The notes under the pieces were generated by a model, which saw only the letters and a program-made list of their open reading frames with translations, made no database searches and was not told where the DNA came from. Shown piece after piece: positions 25,821 to 31,643 of a stretch of DNA of 31,643 nucleotides. The stretch is from IMG/VR virus record IMGVR_UViG_3300032050_000526, positions 1-31,643 of that record; one strand, given 5' to 3'. The stretch is from a virus (lineage: Duplodnaviria; Caudoviricetes). The stretch's first letter is position 1; each line of letters begins with the position of its first letter. A program made the translations under genes and the position numbers.

Positions 25821-26590
25821 TGCCCGTTGCAGGTGCAATTATCGGCGGCGTTGCGTCCATTGGCGGTGCGGCTATCGCGTCGAGCGGCGCTAAGAAGGCT
25901 GCCAGCGCGCAGGAGCAGGCTTCGCGGGAAGCGCTGGCCGCGCAGGAGCGGATGTTCCAGCGGCAGATTGAACTGCAAGAGCCGTTCCGGCAGGCTGGCC
26001 TCACTGCGCAGCAGCAGATCATGCAATTGCTCGGCATCGGCGGTGACGCTACGGCTGCCGGCTACGGCAGCCTTGCCAAGCCCTTCGGCACCGAACAGTT
26101 CCAGCAAGACCCCGGCTACGCCTTCCGCCAGTCAGAAGGGACGAAGGCGCTGGAGCGTTCGGCGGCTGCACGCGGCGGTCTGATGTCGGGCGCTACGCTG
26201 AAGGGCATCCAGCGCTTCGGGCAGGACTTGGCCAGTCAGGAATACCAGAACGCGTTCAACCGCTATCAGGTCGAGCGCGCCGCGCGCCTGAACCCGCTTC
26301 AGTCGCTGATGGGGTCGGGCCAGAGCGCGGCTAACGTGCTAACTGGCGCCGCCGGTCAGGCCGGGCAAAGCCAAGCGCAGAACATCATGAACGCTGGCGC
26401 GGCCCGCGCGTCGGGTTATGTCGGCAGCGCAAACGCGCTCGGAAGCGCCCTTGGGTCTATCGGCAGCATGGCCACGCAGTTTCCGCTGTATCAGGCGCAG
26501 GTGAACTACATGAACTCGCTAGCTAACCGCGGTGGCGGTCTTTCGGCCGATGTCAACCGCACCTTTGCCGCCAATCCGAGTATTTTCTGA
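25820..26590 (+). CDS. DNA ejection protein, gp7-like
   Basis: Gly/Ala hydrophobic N-terminus; DPGYAFR..EG..ALERSAAARGGLMSGATLK motif. Confidence 0.85.
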   Translation: MPVAGAIIGGVASIGGAAIASSGAKKAASAQEQASREALAAQERMFQRQIELQEPFRQAGLTAQQQIMQLLGIGGDATAAGYGSLAKPFGTEQFQQDPGYAFRQSEGTKALERSAAARGGLMSGATLKGIQRFGQDLASQEYQNAFNRYQVERAARLNPLQSLMGSGQSAANVLTGAAGQAGQSQAQNIMNAGAARASGYVGSANALGSALGSIGSMATQFPLYQAQVNYMNSLANRGGGLSADVNRTFAANPSIF

Positions 26591-28278
26591 TGGCTAACCA
26601 GATGATCGCCCTCGGCGCCCGCGCCCCACAGGTTAACGTACTTGGCCCGGCTATCCAGCAGGGCGCGCAGATGATCAATATGATGCGCCAGCAAGACGCC
26701 GCAGCGCGGCAGGCTGCGGTCGCGCAGCAGCAGATGCAATTGGCGCAGGCCAAGGAACAGCGCGAAGCATCGGCGGCTGAGATTGAGATGGCCGGCAAGA
26801 AGCTTGCGTACCATACGTCGCGGGCGCCGATAGTGCAAAACCAAGCAGGCTATCAGCTTTGGTTGAACGCTGTCGGTAAGGACAGCCCAGAAATGGTTGA
26901 GTTCTTCACAACCAATCTTCCGCCGCAGGATTTTTCGCCAGAAAAGTTGATCAAGCTGGTTGGCAGCGTTAACCAAGTGTTTAACGCTACCTACGGCCCC
27001 CGCGAAACCGAAGTCGTGCAAGACGAAAAGGGCGATACATTTGTCGCCGTCACTGGCGGGTTCGGCCCACAGGGTATCGTTCCGCTTAACCAATTCAAGC
27101 CTTCTGCCGCCGGCGCCCGTCCGCCCGCACCAGCCGCCACCGCACCTTCGATGGGCGCCGCTCCGCCCGCAGGGCCTGCCGCACGCGCAACCCGCGGGGT
27201 CAACACCACGCCGCAAGACCTTATTCAGCAAGGCATTCCGCTTAACCGCATTCCGATGGGCAACCCGCTTCAGCCTATGTCTATGGGTGCGGCACCGCAG
27301 CCTGACCTCGGCGCTATGGTCCAGACGATGATGGACACCGGCGTCGTGTCGCAGTCCGATTTCGAGGCTATGCGCGCTGCCGCCGGTCCGGGCAAGGACG
27401 AGCAGTTGGCGCAGATTTTGCGGGCCAACAACATCCGGATCATGCCGAACGAACAGGCGCCGGAAGGTATGCGCAGCGCCGTCTACCGCCCTGAAGAAGG
27501 TGCACCGACGCTTCAGCAGACGCAGTCGCTGCAAGGCTATGAAGATACGGGCGTCCAGTTCCGCGGTAAGCCGCCGATGCAGTCACCTACACCCGGCGTC
27601 TATAATGTGCCGACGCCGGTTATCCGTGAAAAAGCCAAGGCGGAACGCAGAACGCCGCAGGAAACTTACGAAGAGACGCGCTCGTCGAAACAGGCCGAAA
27701 GCGACGTGGCGTTTTTGAGCGAGTACGCGAAAAACACCGAAATTGCTCGCAGCAGCTTGAATGTTCTGAAGCAGATGGTCGGCGACGCTACCATCGGTAA
27801 AGACGGCAAAATTTTTATCCCAAAAGGCGGCGTGGCGCCGCACGAAGGTTTTGAAGGTGTAGTGGGGTTAGGCATCCCCGGTATGCGATTATTCTCGGGG
27901 TCTAAAGAAGCCGACTTTGACGCCATGTACAAGCAGGTAACTGGCGCAGCGTTTCTGGAGGCGTTCGACAAGTTGCGCGGTGGGGGCGCGATCACTCAGG
28001 TCGAAGGCGAAAAGGCTACCGCGGCGATTAGCCGGCTCGGCCGCAACATTTCTGAGGCAGCGTTTGTACAGGCAGCCGCCGAACTGCGCGACATCGTACA
28101 GCGGGGGCTAGAGCGCGCCGAAGCGCGTAAAGCCAAGCTGGAAGGCCGCGCGGCGCCCGTTTCGCAAGCGGGTAAGGCGCCGATAGCTGCCACCGGAAAG
28201 CGTGTAGTCCGCTCTGGAACATACCAAGGGCGCCGCGTGGTCGAGTTCAGCGACGGGAGCGTCGAGTATGCCGATTAA
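26590..28278 (+). CDS. DNA ejection protein (gp20 position)
   Basis: Gln/Pro/Ala-rich; LRGGGAITQVEGEKATAA motif; gene order. Confidence 0.7.
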   Translation: MANQMIALGARAPQVNVLGPAIQQGAQMINMMRQQDAAARQAAVAQQQMQLAQAKEQREASAAEIEMAGKKLAYHTSRAPIVQNQAGYQLWLNAVGKDSPEMVEFFTTNLPPQDFSPEKLIKLVGSVNQVFNATYGPRETEVVQDEKGDTFVAVTGGFGPQGIVPLNQFKPSAAGARPPAPAATAPSMGAAPPAGPAARATRGVNTTPQDLIQQGIPLNRIPMGNPLQPMSMGAAPQPDLGAMVQTMMDTGVVSQSDFEAMRAAAGPGKDEQLAQILRANNIRIMPNEQAPEGMRSAVYRPEEGAPTLQQTQSLQGYEDTGVQFRGKPPMQSPTPGVYNVPTPVIREKAKAERRTPQETYEETRSSKQAESDVAFLSEYAKNTEIARSSLNVLKQMVGDATIGKDGKIFIPKGGVAPHEGFEGVVGLGIPGMRLFSGSKEADFDAMYKQVTGAAFLEAFDKLRGGGAITQVEGEKATAAISRLGRNISEAAFVQAAAELRDIVQRGLERAEARKAKLEGRAAPVSQAGKAPIAATGKRVVRSGTYQGRRVVEFSDGSVEYAD

Positions 28279-29911
28279 TCCCGCTGAAGTTAAATGGGAT
28301 GAAGAAACGCCGGCTGAAGCCGCGTTTGCGGCTGCGCCCGCCGCGCCGCCACCCATCGACCCTAATAAAATCGAGTGGCAGCAGCCTTCGCGGGATAACT
28401 CGGCAGGGCGCTGGCTGGGCGTCACTACGCGTGCTCTAGCACCTTATGCCACGGTGGCTACCGCGGGCGCGGCTGCCGGTGCGCCTTTCGCCGGTATTGG
28501 CGCCGTTCCGGGGGCTGCTGGCGGCGTCTTGTCGCTGGGTCTTAGTGATCTCTTGACGCTGGGGTACAACGCTGCGGCGAATGCTTTTGGCGGTCCGCGG
28601 GTTTCGCTGCCGTCGCAGACTATCCAGAACGTATATGAAAGAGCTGGTATCGGCGCCCGGCCTACTACACCAACTCAGCAGGTATACAGCGATGTGCTGG
28701 AAGGGACCGCGAGCGCCGTCTCGCCCGCCGCAGCTTTTCGCACGCTGGCCCCGCGGTACGCGGGCACTACGCAGCGCGTACTAAACGTCATGGCCCAACA
28801 GCCGGGCGCGCAAGCCCTGTCTGGAGCATTTGGGGCTGGTCTGCCGTCTGCGGCCGCCAACTATGGTGAAGTGACTGACCCCCTAGCTTTGTCGGCGCTT
28901 GGATTTACGGGCGGCTTTCTGGGCGGCAAACCCGGCGTCAAAACCGATAAAGGCCCGAGTATCGACCAGTTGCGCGCACAAGCCGACGCGGCGTATACAC
29001 AGGCGAAGAGCGCAGGGATGGTTTTTCCCAACCAGAACTTTTCCACGCTTACTGCAGATATTGGCGCCGATCTGACCCGCCAAGGCTTCAACCGCACTAT
29101 GCACCCTAAAGTCGCCGCAACGCTGCGCGATTTTAACGCAGCGGTCAAATCAGGAAACCCGCTCGGTTTGGACGACATTGATGTGCTGCGCCGGGTAGCT
29201 AAGAACGCCGCGGGAAGCATTTCCCCGGATGAACGTCGCTTGGGTCGGATCATTATCGAAAAAATCGACGATTTCGTGATGAACCCGCAGAATGTTTCGG
29301 CGGGTAACGCTCCTGAAGGCGCTTTCGCGCTGAAGAAAGCGCGTGAACTGTGGTCGCGTAAAGCGCGCACCGAAATCTTTGATGACACTGTGCAGGCAGC
29401 GTATAACCGCTCGCAGACCGGCGAAAAGCCCCCGTCTATGGGGCAAGCGTTGCGCCAAAAATTTGGCGAGATCGCCAACAACCCGAAACGGATGAAGGGC
29501 TTCAGCGCCGAAGAGCAGAAGTATATCCGCGAAATTGCCGGCGGCACTGCGTCAAACAAGGCGCTTCGTTTTATCGCTGATTGGCTAACCCCGAACTCTA
29601 TCCGCGGGCTAGCCGCCGAAGCAGGCATCGCGGCGTCTATGCTGTCCTTCTTGGGACCAGAGGCCGCTGCGGTTGCGCTAGGTACGTCCTTGGCCGGCGG
29701 AGCGTCAAAATTGCGCGCCAACGCCATGACAACCCGTCAGGCCGCGGCTGCCCGCAACGCGTTTGCCACCGGTAAAGCGCCTGTACCGCGCCGTAATTAC
29801 GTAATGCTCCCCGCCGCCGGCCAATCCGCCCGCGCGACAAGTCGGGGCGAAGAGGCACAACGTCTGCGTCAGCAGTATAACCTTCCAGCATGGGCTGTTC
29901 GGCCTGATTAA
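28268..29911 (+). CDS. DNA ejection protein (gp16 position)
   Basis: Gly/Ala-rich membrane-like segments and a helical body; gene order. Confidence 0.7.
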   Translation: MPINPAEVKWDEETPAEAAFAAAPAAPPPIDPNKIEWQQPSRDNSAGRWLGVTTRALAPYATVATAGAAAGAPFAGIGAVPGAAGGVLSLGLSDLLTLGYNAAANAFGGPRVSLPSQTIQNVYERAGIGARPTTPTQQVYSDVLEGTASAVSPAAAFRTLAPRYAGTTQRVLNVMAQQPGAQALSGAFGAGLPSAAANYGEVTDPLALSALGFTGGFLGGKPGVKTDKGPSIDQLRAQADAAYTQAKSAGMVFPNQNFSTLTADIGADLTRQGFNRTMHPKVAATLRDFNAAVKSGNPLGLDDIDVLRRVAKNAAGSISPDERRLGRIIIEKIDDFVMNPQNVSAGNAPEGAFALKKARELWSRKARTEIFDDTVQAAYNRSQTGEKPPSMGQALRQKFGEIANNPKRMKGFSAEEQKYIREIAGGTASNKALRFIADWLTPNSIRGLAAEAGIAASMLSFLGPEAAAVALGTSLAGGASKLRANAMTTRQAAAARNAFATGKAPVPRRNYVMLPAAGQSARATSRGEEAQRLRQQYNLPAWAVRPD

Positions 29912-29933
29912 CTACCGTAGAGTGACGCCTGCT

Positions 29934-30107
29934 ATGAGCCTTATCGACCACACCGAAGCCCGCCTTGACGCGCACGAACAGGTTTGCACGCTCCGGTACG
30001 AGAGTATCTGCGCGCGGCTGAAGCGGTTGGAAGGTGTCGGTATGACTGCTGCGGGGACAATCATCATGCTGCTGATCGGCATTCTCATAAAGTTGGCTGG
30101 CGTATGA
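29934..30107 (+). CDS. Small coiled-coil plus TM protein (XhlA/holin-like)
   Basis: RLDAHEQVC..RY..I..RL.RLE followed by one TM segment; precedes the endolysin. Confidence 0.7.
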   Translation: MSLIDHTEARLDAHEQVCTLRYESICARLKRLEGVGMTAAGTIIMLLIGILIKLAGV

Positions 30108-30496
30108 GCATCGTCCTCGGCACCCGCTCACTGTCGCGCCTTGAAGGCGTACACCCGGACCTCGTCCGCGTGGTCAAGAAGGCCGCCGCAATGTCGGACC
30201 TCGACTTCACGGTACTGGAGGGTCTGCGCACGCTGGAACGCCAGCGGCAACTGATGGCGAACGGCGCGACCAAGACCATGAACTCGCGTCACCTGACTGG
30301 TCACGCTGTCGATCTCGCGCCGATGATCGGCGGTAAGGTATCTTGGGACTGGCCGCTTTATCACCGGCTGGCCAAGATCGTGAAGGCGGCTGCCGCCGCC
30401 GAGAATGTCCCCATCCAATGGGGAGGGGACTGGCGAACCTTCAAGGACGGCCCGCACTGGGAACTTCCTTGGAAGGCTTACCCGAAAGGAAAATGA
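30104..30496 (+). CDS. Endolysin, peptidase M15 family (L-Ala-D-Glu peptidase-like)
   Basis: EGLRT..RQ, SRHLTGHAVD and WGGDW..FKDGPHWEL motifs. Confidence 0.92.
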   Translation: MSIVLGTRSLSRLEGVHPDLVRVVKKAAAMSDLDFTVLEGLRTLERQRQLMANGATKTMNSRHLTGHAVDLAPMIGGKVSWDWPLYHRLAKIVKAAAAAENVPIQWGGDWRTFKDGPHWELPWKAYPKGK

Positions 30497-30497
30497 C

Positions 30498-30674
30498 ATG
30501 AACATCCTTCACTGGCTTCTCCACCGCCTGAAAGAGCCGAGCACATACGCCGGGTTTTCCGCCATCGCGCTGACGTTCGGCCTGTCGGACACGCAGTGGG
30601 CGGCCATCTCCACGGCGGTCGCTGGTCTGGCAGGTGTCGCCGCTGTGTTTCTTTCGGAAACGCCCAAGGCGTGA
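30498..30674 (+). CDS. Putative holin
   Basis: 58 aa, RLKEPSTYAG motif, two hydrophobic segments. Confidence 0.7.
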   Translation: MNILHWLLHRLKEPSTYAGFSAIALTFGLSDTQWAAISTAVAGLAGVAAVFLSETPKA

Positions 30675-30892
30675 TCAAACTTCTGTCGTCCCTGCTGTCG
30701 CTGCTTGACCGCCTTTGGGCGGCGTGGAACGAACACAAGCTGCGGCAGCAGGGCCGGCAAGAAGCAGCGAAGGAAGCGGCCGATGAAATTCAACGGCAAA
30801 TCGACTTGGCGGCGCATGTCGCTGTCACTCCTGATCCTGAGCGCGACAAGCGCCTGCGTGCACGGTTCGACGCCGCCGCCGGTGGCGAATAG
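30671..30892 (+). CDS. Putative i-spanin (Rz-like)
   Basis: GTG start overlapping the holin stop; hydrophobic N-terminus followed by a coiled coil. Confidence 0.55.
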   Translation: MIKLLSSLLSLLDRLWAAWNEHKLRQQGRQEAAKEAADEIQRQIDLAAHVAVTPDPERDKRLRARFDAAAGGE

Positions 30893-31034
30893 CTACTGCG
30901 CCATCACCAAACCGATCCGGTACAACAGCCAGACTGACAGTCCTGAGACGGTCAAGCGCATCGAAGCGCACAACTCTACTTGGGTGTGTCTGTGTGAACA
31001 AGACTGTCCCGCCAGCGGTTCAGATACCAAATAG
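30783..31034 (+). CDS. Putative o-spanin lipoprotein (Rz1-like)
   Basis: Overlaps the Rz-like gene in another frame; signal peptide with a TSA-C lipobox, Pro-rich linker, C...PI and HN..W..LC. Confidence 0.65.
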   Translation: MKFNGKSTWRRMSLSLLILSATSACVHGSTPPPVANSYCAITKPIRYNSQTDSPETVKRIEAHNSTWVCLCEQDCPASGSDTK

Positions 31035-31260
31035 CTTTGCCGACCTCCTGCGCCGTGGCGTCCTTGTGCCCCGCGCGGCTCAGGTACTTCAGCGCGTTAC
31101 CGCGGCAATACCCGGCGAACTCTTCCGGCGACAGCTTGGCCTGAATGTAGTCAATAGCCTCAATCCCGCCAACCTTATAGTGGTCTGGATGATTGACCAT
31201 GTCGGCTTTCATTTCCAGCGCCCGTTTCCACGAACCCGGCTCTGACTGATCGTCGATCAT
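30976..31260 (-). CDS. DUF3310 (SaV / T7 gp1.7-like) protein
   Basis: VNHPDHY..GGIEAIDYI, GNALKYLSRAG.K and KAIWYL motifs. Confidence 0.88.
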   Translation of the reverse strand: MIDDQSEPGSWKRALEMKADMVNHPDHYKVGGIEAIDYIQAKLSPEEFAGYCRGNALKYLSRAGHKDATAQEVGKAIWYLNRWRDSLVHTDTPK

Positions 31261-31451
31261 TTCTTCTTCATCCTTTCCATGATCTCGACCCGTTCCCGCG
31301 CCATCCGCAGCTTGCACAGCCGCTGGTGCAGGCGCCGGGCGATGGCGCCTCGTCTGTGCGTGGTGATCTCGTCGGCCAGCATCTGCTCGACCTCCGCCTC
31401 CGAATAGCTGGGCAGCTTCACTGCCAGCGTCTGCCACGATACCTTAGCCAT
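31257..31451 (-). CDS. Hypothetical protein
   Basis: 64 aa; RLHQR...LR..RER; overlaps both neighbours. Confidence 0.75.
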   Translation of the reverse strand: MAKVSWQTLAVKLPSYSEAEVEQMLADEITTHRRGAIARRLHQRLCKLRMARERVEIMERMKKK

Positions 31452-31643
31452 TCTTCAATTCTCCAATCGCTGTATCGGACACCGCGCGCTTGTCGTGCAG
31501 CGCCGCCCAGATGCGTTCGTCAATGGTCTTTTCCGTCAGCATGACGTAAACCCAAACGTCGCGCGTCTGCCCGCTGCGGTGCAGGCGCCCGACTGCTTGT
31601 TCGTAAAGTTCTAGGCTCCACGGCAGCGACAAAAACGCCATGT
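31444..31643 (-). CDS. SNF2/DEAD-like helicase, C-terminal fragment
   Basis: WSLELYEQAVGRLHRSGQ (motif VI) and TIDERI; truncated by the window edge. Confidence 0.88.
   Translation of the reverse strand, partial: MAFLSLPWSLELYEQAVGRLHRSGQTRDVWVYVMLTEKTIDERIWAALHDKRAVSDTAIGELKNG

Noticed and set aside
1-31643. Prophage, DGR, retron or alternative genetic code
   Set aside because: No integrase, att-flanked host genes or reverse transcriptase were seen, and genes tile the window under the standard code using all three stop codons. Lifestyle cannot be decided because part of the genome is outside the window.

Overview
About 31.6 kb of a GC-rich tailed phage genome with a P22-like podovirus morphogenesis module. 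The host is probably an alphaproteobacterium (weak inference from GC content and gene content). Left to right: (1) the 3' part of a primase-helicase on +, ending in a bidirectional terminator; (2) a minus-strand early operon of about 15 small genes sharing one translation-start motif, including three hydrophobic micropeptides not called as such in the ORF track; (3) a ~1 kb non-coding control/origin region with phased CCCAC repeats and operator-like palindromes; (4) a long plus-strand late region: HNH endonuclease, terS, terL, four small basic proteins, portal, ferritin-like protein, three receptor-binding proteins, scaffold, coat, tail hub, GNAT-like protein, three ejection proteins and a lysis cassette; (5) a DUF3310-like gene and the end of a SNF2-like helicase on the minus strand. 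The most notable finding is a complete type II hammerhead ribozyme with a pseudoknot in an intergenic gap of the early operon (minus strand, 4763-4695). No integrase, tRNA or CRISPR array was seen. All family assignments come from motif recognition and gene order, not from database searches.
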